A DNA stretch of 60,999 nt, the filler included, from Rhabdomonas costata (lineage: Eukaryota): the NCBI GenBank assembly GCA_019059605.1. It is 18 parts of 18 records of this genome, joined end to end, with 100 filler letters (N's around TTAATTAATTAA, not from the genome) between each part and the next. Parts side by side here need not be neighbours in the genome. Positions count along the whole stretch, not along the records: positions 47,517 to 50,830 come from JAHMHO010001050.1; positions 50,931 to 54,218 come from JAHMHO010001051.1; positions 54,319 to 57,606 come from JAHMHO010001052.1; positions 57,707 to 60,999 come from JAHMHO010001053.1; 14 more parts are not named here. The stretch is one strand, 5' to 3'. The notes beneath the pieces were generated by a model. It saw only the letters and a program-made list of their open reading frames with translations, was not told where the DNA came from and did not search any database. Positions 50,797 through 60,999 of the stretch are shown piece by piece. The position numbers and the translations under genes are program-made. The stretch's first letter is position 1, and each line of letters begins with the position of its first letter.

Positions 50797-51207
50797 CTCT
50801 CTCTCATCTCTCGTGCTTTAGACCGGCCTANNNNNNNNNNNNNNNNNNNNNNNNNNNNNNNNNNNNNNNNNNNNTTAATTAATTAANNNNNNNNNNNNNN
50901 NNNNNNNNNNNNNNNNNNNNNNNNNNNNNNGGGTGTGTGGTGATGGCAGTCCGATATGAAAAAAACGTTTCTACGGTGCTTCTATGCATATACGTTTTCC
51001 GGTTCAGTAGAAATGCACCATATCCTTTTCCTTTTCCGCAATACTGACGAAAGCTGTGTTATTTTTTGCTTTTGCTTTGGTTTCTGGGAAAATGGAAGGC
51101 TGTGGAACCACATGGAATCTTCAAGTACAAACTACGTACGACGGAGCAGATGAAGTGCACTCACCCCCTCCCCTTCTGCAGAGATAACATAGTCATAACA
51201 TAGTCAC

Positions 51208-53779
51208 CCTGAATCCATCCAGAGCGCGAGCTGCCCTTCTTTTCGTACAGGATGCGGGTACCCTTTGGGGTGCCCTTGGCAAGTTCCAGCCGAAGCTCCG
51301 TTTTGGCTGTGCTGATGACCTTACCCGAATCATCCTTATCCTAAAATAATGGGGAATGATAAGAGCCGAAAAAGATACCCAGAAAAGGCACCTAGAAGAA
51401 AAAGAGAACGCATCCTACCCATTGCTTTGAATTGCAATATGGGTGCATGATAGACGAAGGATTTATTTTAAGATAAAGGTGTGTCCAGTGAATGACAACT
51501 CGGTGGCAAAAGCCCTAGGCGGACGGACATTTCCATGCTTCCTGTGTTGAATCGAAATCCCGTGGAACCCAAAGCGAAAACAAATATACTTCCGAATGAA
51601 ACTGCCGTTTCCCGCACATACACATGCTGTGGTGCCCATACAGAGTTTAGCGAAGCTTTCTTTCCGTCAATCCTGTAATACCGCATCCCTTCTCTACTGG
51701 GGCCTAGCGGTGGCGCCACCGTGTGATCAATCGAGAAGGCTTCTGTGTTGATCACTTCTTCAACAGTTCCGACAGGAAATTGGGACTCTAAATTCTACAA
51801 TTCTGTCTTCGTCTTCGAATCTGACAACCGAAAATTATAGACCGACCTCGACGGGAACAGAGATCAGCTTAATCGCACCGTCGTACATCTCCTCCAGGGT
51901 GACCTCCAGAGTAAACTGTGACAGCGACACCGATAGCGCAGAACAGAGCATATAAATAGCTGATGAGAAAAAGGACAGAAGAGAGATGGGAAAACCGGGA
52001 GAAGACTGCAAACTTATCCACGGTGGGTAAAACATTTTTGTTCTGGCGAAGTGTGCCAAAAACATCTACAGGGAAGAAAAACGACGAGCCCCAAACCAGA
52101 CTGCAGCTGCGAGAGAACATTGCCCCTCCCTTCAAAGCATGCAGAAATTGAGCTGGCCGAACCTCAACAAGTGGACATTTCGGCGGGTTCTTCACCCGAG
52201 CTCCCTCGGCGCTGAAAAACTGGTGCTCCGTGCCCTGCATCGCGGAGAAATCTGAGCAGCCCCCGCCCGCCACCACCGCAACAGAGACAAGCATATTAGG
52301 AGCTTCTTCGTTCTTCCTTTCAATGACAAGCGAGTGTTTGGGCTACAGTTGCCATTACCGTTGCCATTAGAGACATTCATTGAGAGTAAAAACCCACACA
52401 GAAGGTAAGAATGCGATTCAAATCGCGCGCGCGAAGGGAGGACGAGGCCCGGGGAAACGGTGGAAATGAATGAGAGGGAAAGAGGAGGGGCAGATACTTC
52501 GCCACAGAGAAAAAGGTAAAAAGACAAAAGAATCGTACCACCGATCTGCTCAAAGGGATTCGCCACTCCAAAAAACTGTTGGAAGATTCTCTCCGGGTCA
52601 CCGCTGAACTTGTATCCACCAGAAACCCCTGTCATAAGAAAGAGGAGGTCCACGAGCCCACACTCAGATGACAAACCAACGCTCAGACATGCTCAGGCAA
52701 CACGTTAGATAGGAACTTCAAAGATGGTGACGTAAAGTGCACCAACCGAAGGACCCGCTTCCGCCGTGCTTCAGGCCATCCTCGCCATACTGGTCAAAGA
52801 TAGCTCGCATCCTGCTGTCACTCAGCACCTCGTAAGCCTGAAAAAAGAAGGGTTCCGGGACTGGAGAGGGATTGACAGTGTGTGCTCGCTTGCAGCTTCT
52901 CCGGTCCGCCTGCTTCGAAATATCTAAGATTCCGGTAACCCAGTTCGAGAAAAAGTGAGTGAGTGATTCGAGCAATTCTCAGCCAAAAAGGGCAAAATAA
53001 TATTATCACCCTGCCCAGTCCAGGACGTGTCTCACTCACCCTATAATGTTCGCAGCTTCAATCACCATTAACGTCCTCTTTCCACGCCGTCTCCATACCT
53101 TAACCCCTCCCCATCCGATTTACCCCATACACCGCCCAATCATAGGTTTGCGTGTGCGGGCATCATCTCTATGACCCAACCACGGAAGTGTCCGTCACCT
53201 TTCTCGTCGTGGATGCAAGCACATGACGCTCACCCCGCTAAGTTTTCAATTTGTGAATGCCACATGAACACCCAATGGAGCCCACAATGGGACCTCGGCA
53301 ATCTGGGCGAAGGTCTTCTCAGCTTCTGCCCGACGGTCAGGATTCTTTTCTGGGTGGTGCTGCAGGGCCATTCTGCGGAAGCTGAGGACATGAAAACGCA
53401 GCGAGGCGTTCGGCAACCGAAACCGCAGCACATTACAGATACCCCGTTCTCGCACCGCTCATTCTCGACCGTGGCAAGGCAAAAGGGGTGTGCTACGTGG
53501 CAACCGACAAAAACAAACAGAGAAGACTTTTTATAATTGAGCTTCGAAATATAAGCGAAGTGTACACTTAACCAAAACCATCAAAAGGTGCCGGCTGTGA
53601 GGTAATTACCGCCGAGTTTCTTCTGTCTCTGGCGGGTGTGCACCTAACAAGCGCCAAGACTGCACAGACAGCTGCCAAAAACCCCATCAAATCACAGGCT
53701 CGGAAGCATACGATTTCTTGACGTCCTCCAGTGAAGCATCGCGGTTGATACCAAGGAGGGCGTAGTAGTCCTTCTTCAT
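51208..53779 (-). CDS. DNAJB13: Type II Hsp40, DNAJB13/radial spoke protein 16-like (7 exons visible, 3' truncated)
   Basis: MKKDYYALLGINRDAS...FRRMALQHHPEKNP...F.QIAEAYEVLSD...RAIFDQYGEDGLK, then GGYKFSGDPERIFQQFFGVANPF, LEVTLEEMYDGAIK and KGTPKGTRILY. The non-HPD J motif and the Y.F.G.P..IF..FFG..NPF segment fit DNAJB13. Confidence 0.8.
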
Positions 53780-54328
53780 TTCCAAAGAAAAACACCACAA
53801 GACGAAAAGGACAGAAAGATGTCTCCGAAGAAGACGGAAGACTGAGGAAATGAACGTGCGGCGATTTTTATGTGTATATTCGTTCATGTTCGTATTGGTG
53901 ATCCATGATTGAGATCCGAGCTGTTTTCCTGGAATATTGATGCCGAGGCATCTGACAACGTAAGCTGTATGCTGCCGCCACGAAGAGAGGAGATCAATTT
54001 CCATTGTATTTTTGGTTTTGATTGAACGGCATGTCGCAGCACTCAAAAGTAAACACAAAGCCGTCGAAACAGCAAAAAGATTATAAGGTTGGAAATACGG
54101 GGGATATTAGACAAAAGCCGTATCGATTACAGAGAAATGGGTAACGTCTCTTGCTCCTCCACACAGAGATATCTAATCCGGGCGATTAATGATTAATCGC
54201 AATCGTCCACCCCCACCCNNNNNNNNNNNNNNNNNNNNNNNNNNNNNNNNNNNNNNNNNNNNTTAATTAATTAANNNNNNNNNNNNNNNNNNNNNNNNNN
54301 NNNNNNNNNNNNNNNNNNTTGTGTTTGT

Positions 54329-54381
54329 ACTGAAGACGTCCCCTTTTGCTCTTTGTTTCCGGTGAGACGAAAGAGCAACCA
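54329..54381 (+). repeat. Dispersed 53-bp hairpin-containing repeat, copy 2
   Basis: Matches 46122-46174 except for one loop base. Confidence 0.9.
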
Positions 54382-55829
54382 GAAAAAAAGAACAAAAAGA
54401 AACAGAAGCAATCGTCCTTTCCTCTGCCCCTTTCTGTCCCCCCTCCCCCTTCGGCGCGGCCACAGGCAAATATACGCACCTTTTCCCTTTTTCTTTGCAG
54501 GCGCGTCCGCTGGCACAGAAGCAAGTGCACGCTTGGTGGCGGGTGGCATCGGGGAGACAGAAGTGACGGGGGAGACGGAGCAGAATGCTTTGGGTTGAGA
54601 CGTTTCCCGTCTCCCGCGGGCGGCCTGGCTCCCACAACCAGGCTGTGCAGGGCTCCGAACCTTCCGCGGAGGAGCGGGCTCCTCAGGTCCACCCCACTGC
54701 TCAAGTCTTGCTTCCAATTCGGCCTATGGGCAACGATCCAAACGAAAGGGGGTGGGGGGAAGACTGAGAACTATTTGGCGCGTGTTCACCAAGAGAAACA
54801 CATCAGTTGCTCGGGAAGAAGAGACCTGGTTGACAGCCCCACAATCAGCAGCAACCTTGTTCGAGCTCGAGCGGCGGCGCTTCCGGGAAATGCTGCCTTC
54901 AGTGGCTGCCGGCAGCTCTTTGCTGCCGGCTGCTTTGCTTTTGACCGTGCCGCCACCAGTGGCCGCAGATGTAGCTGATGATCGAGCGCTCGCTTTTCCG
55001 CCAGGAGGAGACCAAGGGAAACATACTGCAAATGAAGTGGAGTGGAGTGGAGTGCACATCACACATCAGCAAGGGTGGTCTCCAATTGTCGTGGTGTCGG
55101 TTAGCTTCCGTTAATTCCAAGAGTTGGTGTGGATGGGTGTTCAGGTACTGGGGGCTGTAAGTTCCACTCCACCCATACACTACAGGGGACCTGACCATAG
55201 ATGGCATGTATGGAGGGAGTGTCACTGCTGCCACAACGGCGGTACTGGAAAATGAACAACCCTCTATGGTGGCACTCCAACCAGATAATAACCCACCCAG
55301 CGATGGTGGTAGCGGTAGTTGAGGTCATTCCAAATCTATGCTGATTAAATTGGAAATACCTCGAGTGTTGGAGTGAGGTGCGGGCTGGTCCCAGTGAAAG
55401 ATGTGACCGGTAAATAACTCCAGTGGAAGCAGAAGGTCCCGGTGGTGGATGACACAGCTCGAGATGACGGGTAACGTATGGTCAAAACCCGGCAGGGGTA
55501 CCGAACCACCAATGCCAGAAAGACTGACTGGTCGCTGCTCATGTGGCATGCTCAACCCACCTTCTGACCACGAGAGTGGCGCTGCGGAGTGGTTCCCACC
55601 CTCTCCGCAGGCGCACAACAATATGGAGTTTTGTTGGATTCTTTCCTGCGTCTTGTATTGCCGCTGCAGGACACCTCAGGCTTGTGCGTCATGGAGACCT
55701 CCGATTTTCTCCTTTGGGGGACTGTCTTGGGTCACTAAGCTGCCCGTCATCTTTGTTGCTCCCGCTAATTTTCAGAGAGTCGCACTCGGTGTCGCTTGGT
55801 TTCCACGGTACCCGACCCACCACGCACCT

Positions 55830-55901
55830 ACTGAAACACACTGAAACACTCTGAAACAAGCTGAAACACACTGAAACACACACACACACTCTCTCTCTCT
55901 C
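55830..55901 (+). repeat. 10-bp tandem repeat (ACTGAAACAC) x5 followed by (CA)n(CT)n
   Basis: Direct reading. Confidence 0.85.
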
Positions 55902-56651
55902 AAACACACTATTTGCACGCGGAGCGACGGGACCTGCCGTCGTTGTAGATGCACAAACACTCACACACAGACCTCCCGGCAAAGCCTCGGCTTGCTCCTC
56001 TGACACAGCGGAGATCGGCGAGCTGCCCCGGCTCCGTGGAACAGGAAGCGCACGAGGCACCTCCGCACTCACACTATTCCTGGCCCAGGCAAGGCAGCGG
56101 AAAAAGGCTTCAGCGAACACAACACAGCTACCAAGAGATTATCTTAAAGTGTCATTCCACCCCGGGCAGAAAACCCAAGACTGTGGAGCAGCTACTCGAC
56201 TGCAACCTGGCCACCCCTCACAACCTAACCTCAAAACAACGTCAAATCCCAAACCTGATCTGAAGTGTCTTTTGGGCAAGTAGCAGACGCTGCTTCCCTT
56301 CAGCACCCCCCAAAGTCAAACCAGCAGGAGGAGCGGGAACCCGCGAATTGACCGAGTCCTGCGCGAAAGAACACAAAAGAATGGGGGGGGGTCTGTTTCC
56401 TCTCCCTTGCGTTCACTATCGTCTTTCGAAACATGATAGTCACCACAGTCGATATTTATGCGTCACAGTCGTCTTCGTTTACTTACCGTCGTCTTTGCAA
56501 AAACGAGGCTGTTAACTATCGCATTTTCCCACCAATGGTCACAGACGAGGCGAGAAAGCACAACGCCAGAAAAATATAACAAAGCGCCTGTGGTGAGAAC
56601 GAGACAAAGCACTGGCGCTTATACGCCATTCAGTTAGTGGCAAAGGAGGCA

Positions 56652-57525
56652 CCTGTACAACTGCCGTGACACTCCCCGACATGGAGACCGCTGGCTGAGC
56701 GTCGTCCTCGCTGCTTTGGTTTCGACCGCAGGCGCCGGCCAAAACCTCTCCATTCGTGGCAGCTATGCCCACCCCCGAAGGCAAGAGGGCGGGTTCTGTG
56801 CAGAAATTTTCGTGCGACGCTGCAGCACCGCCGCTGTCCTCCCCAACCTGCCGTAAGCGCGCAGCCCCGGGCCACCCCTCCGCGGGGCCAGCAGAAACTG
56901 CCGGCTGAGTGCCCCCCGTCGCCACACTCTGCTCCTGCTCCCTCACAGCTAGTCCGGTACAGGAGGCGATAATCGCCTCCCCCTCCTCCCCTGCCCCTGC
57001 CGTATCGGGTTGCACGAGCGGCACTGCAGAAGTTGCAGAAGCAGGAAGGGCAAGGGACGGCCCCTCCACCACAAAAATCTTCTCAGGTTCAGCGAACGGC
57101 GCTTCTTCGACAGCAGTGCAGCTCTGTTCATCAAGAGCAACCATTTCCACTGCCGTCCGAGTTGGGTCCCAGGAAGCATCGTCCGTCACTCTGTTGATGG
57201 AATTCGGTGGGACATAAGCCGGCCGGGAAAAGAAAAAGCACTCACGCTTGGAAAGATGCTTCAAAGGGGCCTTTCCGTAACGCACTACACAAAACGATCT
57301 CAAAAACGCTCTCAACTAACCCCGTGAGCATTGATGAAGGAGGAGGAAATTATTCACAAAACGAACCTGTCGCCGTCACAAAAGTAACTACAGATCCGTG
57401 CAGGGCTACTCCGCGGGTGCCTCTCTTCACAGGTTTCATAGTCTGAAACTTCAAGAAGGCTCTCCAATGCAGCTTGGTCCCATTCCAGCACGCAATCCAA
57501 AGGCGGGACGACTTCCAGATCCTTT
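56652..57525 (-). CDS. Hypothetical Ala/Ser/Glu-rich protein exons
   Basis: A long open frame (RPAYVPPNSINRVTDDASWDP...VVQ) is bounded by plausible AG/GT sites, with a likely upstream exon (DLEVVPPLDCVLEWDQAALE). No recognisable domain. Confidence 0.4.
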
Positions 57526-58357
57526 GAGCTGAGTGGAGTGGAGTTCAAAAAAAAACGCAGGAACAATGTTGCATGGGAACCGATCTCAAGTGCAATGAGG
57601 GGATGCNNNNNNNNNNNNNNNNNNNNNNNNNNNNNNNNNNNNNNNNNNNNTTAATTAATTAANNNNNNNNNNNNNNNNNNNNNNNNNNNNNNNNNNNNNN
57701 NNNNNNGGGGTTGGTTGCTTGGTCGTTGGTGACCACTGTGGACTGACGGGCGCTTGCGCTGTTGGCCACGGGTGCTCGCGAGGTGCCCTTGGAGCGAACG
57801 GTGCCTCCGGTGGGGTTCAAATTGGTTGCCTCTAGTTTCTGGTCATCGCTGACCTTTGCGGAGGGCCCCTCCCTCAGCCACGAGAGGCGGCGGGGCTGAT
57901 TATCAAGCGTACAGTGCAGTCACTTTTTTTTTTCGTCTTTCTTGGGGCGAGCCGTGTTGCCGCGGCTGCGCCGCCTTGACGCCATCTTGGCTCGCTCGCG
58001 GTGATGGTGGCGTCCTGCGAGGTTCTTTCTTGCTTCCTTTTCTTTCTCTCTCTCTTTTTGTTTTTTGGTTGTTGTTTTGTATTTCCCGGAGGACACGGCT
58101 CCCCCTGCCACATATACCTATTCCTTAACATTGGAGAGGTGAGTTAGGACCGCGGGAGGTTTCTTTTTGATTTTTTCCCCCCTTCTCCTCGTCCGTCCCT
58201 CCCATCTTCTCGCTTTTGGCGGGAGACTAAGACTAAACAAGTGCGCAACAGAGCAGAATCGAAAGCATTGCCCTAATTGCACCATCAGTCTGCTCTCTCC
58301 TGCGAGGAATTTTCTCTGCTGAATTCAAGGAAGAAAGTAACGGGAGGGGGGGATACT

Positions 58358-60999
58358 TGCGCAGCAGTCCATGGTGCGACATGGGGAAGAAGGGCAGGAT
58401 GTGTCTGCAGCCTTCACGGTGAAGCCCAAGGGGCACGCTATCCCACTGCTCCCACAAGTGGTGCTTGAGTGCGAATCCTCAAGGGAAGGGGGACCCAGGA
58501 AAAGACAAAGAGCGGGATGTGATCTCTGCCTGCACCTTGCAAAAAAAAGCGAGCAATCTCCATTCAACGTCTTTCCGACGGCATGTTCAACAATCTTCAT
58601 TTCAATTCCAACTTGTTAGTGTTTGAGACCTGCCTACAAGAGGGCGGCCATTGGAAACACAGAGTTAAAACATATTGTTGACCCCTACCGAGGTGTCGAT
58701 GGCAAATGCAACCAAAACTAAGCATTTTGCTACGGCGGCCGATAGCAAAATACTTCCGTCAGGACTTTTGAGTCAGATCATTTGCTGGGGTGGGACCCCA
58801 AATGGATGGCTCCCGCCACCACACCCGTTGCGGAAGAAAAATGTAACTTGGGGAAAGAAGGAAGGTCAAAAATGCGGTGAAAGCACAAAAAAAAATTGCA
58901 AAACAAAAAAACATACCACTGCAGCAGTCGACATCCGTGCAGGCCGAGGAAGCGCACACGGTGCCGGGCCCCTTCGCTGAGTGGTCCACAGAGCAGCGAT
59001 AGTCACGGCCACATACGGGCCTCAGCTTTTCTGCGAAAGACCAGACCCTGGACAACCAAATTGCTGGCAAGGAAAATAGAAAGAGACAGACAGAAAAGAC
59101 TACAATTTTTTTTTGTGACAGAACAAAAATCTTTGTTCTGTCACAGTGTTCATGATATTGCAATAACAGCCGTCGTCGGTGAAAAAAGCCAGCAGTCCGA
59201 ATCAATCCGAAATTCCAGCACAGGCAGTGTTCGTCTCGTTTTCTGCATGTCGATTGCACCCACATGCGCAAGCAAAAGTTATGTTAACTATCACAGGACA
59301 CGTTGTGCGTTACGTTGCCATAGGAAGAACATTCAAGAATTTCTCCACGGGACGCGACGGAACAACTTCCGCAGAGTGCACACCGAGGGAGTACACAGCG
59401 GCGCTTGTCGTCGTGGTGGGGCACATCTCACTACAACCCCCTGTGATCACCACCGTGTCCCCAAACACAGCTGCCCGAGACCGAGTGAGAGGCACGGGCA
59501 GTGCCGTGTGCGGGACCCAGGTCACCCCGTCCTCCGAAGCCCAGACGTCAGTCTGGGCCTGGGATGGGGCCTTGTCACTGCAGTACGGCAAGAATAGGTC
59601 GCCGCCCATGAGCCACAGCTGTCCGAAGTGAGAGATTACTGTGGGAGAGGAGCGAGCCCCGAAGGCCGCCGAGGAGACCACCTGAACCCATGTGGAACCA
59701 TCAGTGCTGCTCCAAACCTGTGAAGGCGCGCGTGCGAACATGCGCTTACCAGGGACACGCACCCGAAAGAGGCGTATCGTAGCGGCAAATCAAAAAATGG
59801 TTCAACTTCGACGCCATTGATCCATTGATCTACTAATATGTCGAACCATAATTAATACGCTTACGGTAAACCTTTATAACAAACAGACAACCGAACGGAG
59901 CACGAAATCGTGTTCATTAAAGGGAAGTTTGGCGGAGGTTTGAGAAAGAGCCTCTATTCCGAGGAGAGCAGAACCGAAACCGAAATTTTATCAAAGACAC
60001 TTGTTATAAAATGGACCTCTGAGAACTCTTTTGGGTTGTCTCTGAGCGAGGCCCCATCGCCAAGCTTGACCCCGCAGGGAGGAACTTCGCCCGATGTTAT
60101 CAGTATAAAGTGCTTGCGGCGGCTGCGACAGTTAGACAGGGGGCTCACTGCCGCGGGTCGTTTCACCCCGGGTGGGTCAGCTTGTTGATCTTCTGATGTT
60201 TAGAAATTTGAGCCGAAACTATAGAAGAAGCCAGAACAACGAGTAAATGGCTTTAAAAAAGGCGACCACGTCAATACAAACAAAGGAAAAAAATTCACGC
60301 TTAATATGAGTTTCGCAACAAGGCATGCCCGCACAAACGGGGTGCAGTATCGGGACGGTGCACCCCGCAAGTCTTAGTCAAGAAAAAATATCTGTATAAA
60401 CAGCACACCACACAAGCAAACACCGGAGATCAACGCGATCAAACAAAACCAACGCTGCGTTAGGAAAGCGGAACCGAGGCGCGGTTCCTGTACGGGATTA
60501 GCTCGAAAAAGCTGCCGAGCGCAGAGTTGGAATACACATTTAAAGCTTCGAAACTGGGGGACAAAAACTGATACTAGGGAGTACGAAGACACGAAAACTT
60601 GGTTAGTCAGAAGGGTTTGGAGCGAAGGATAGCAAGGAAGATGAGATGTCAACAACTGGGTCGGCATGGGTTTCTTTGCAGTTTGTAATTCGACACCCCA
60701 GTCCGGAACCAAAGTAAAAAAAGGTTAGGCAGGGATCCCATACGTCATTGAAGTGGCAGCATCCGGAGATCACCCACAACAACCCTCCCAGCACGGCAAG
60801 CCCTGCGGAAGACCGTGGCGGAAAGGTTGTGGATGTAATTTGGGACTGAACCCAGCCGACTCCGTTGCTGCTGCTCCACACGTCCCCCAGAAGAGTCTCA
60901 CGGCTGTCTCTGCCAGCAACCACCCAAACCTTGCCCAGAAATACGGCAGACCGGTGACCGCTTCGTGGAGTGAAGCACTCCATCTTCTCACACACACAC
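58358..60999 (-). CDS. Kelch-like beta-propeller repeats followed by Cys-rich CC repeats (exons to 60744, 59717-59384, 59030-58917, about 58465-58358; 5' truncated)
   Basis: Repeats of F.PRS.H...VF.G.LWV.GG......DVWSS.DG..W (RSGHRSAVFLGKVWVVAG...DVWSSSNGVGW; VWSSTDGSTW; DVWASEDGVTW). These are followed by two C....C.....K...T.C....C...DCC units. Confidence 0.75.

Overview
This is a eukaryotic draft assembly, not a continuous locus. It consists of 18 unrelated scaffolds of about 3.28-3.31 kb, joined by 100-bp artificial linkers (N44-TTAATTAATTAA-N44), so adjacency across linkers means nothing. Most scaffold ends carry about 10 nt of G/T-only (5') or C/A-only (3') sequence, consistent with primer-based whole-genome amplification. 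The organism is an intron-rich flagellated protist. It is plausibly a euglenozoan or euglenid (inference from a wax ester synthase, Cys-rich EGF proteins and splice-site style; not verified). Hand-spliced gene fragments include CCDC146/MBO2, an EGF-LamG-IPT surface protein, a CEP164-N/WW domain apparently fused to a U-box, a Methyltransf_16 enzyme, a docking-domain adenylate kinase, NAGPA, ACSF3, a taxilin-like protein, WS/DGAT, an EGF-repeat protein, a scramblase, a CNG/EAG-type channel, a TMEM8-like protein, DNAJB13 and a kelch-like/Cys-repeat protein. Host exons use the standard genetic code. The most notable signals are: (1) a decayed Ty3/Gypsy-like gag-protease whose 351-codon frame has 9 TAG, 1 TAA and no TGA, suggesting an alternative-code origin or CAG-targeted C-to-T mutation; (2) an unusual donor consensus G|GTNYG plus several GC donors; (3) long foldback elements and a dispersed hairpin repeat in non-coding DNA; (4) the CEP164-N/U-box fusion. 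All family assignments are by motif recall, with no database searches.
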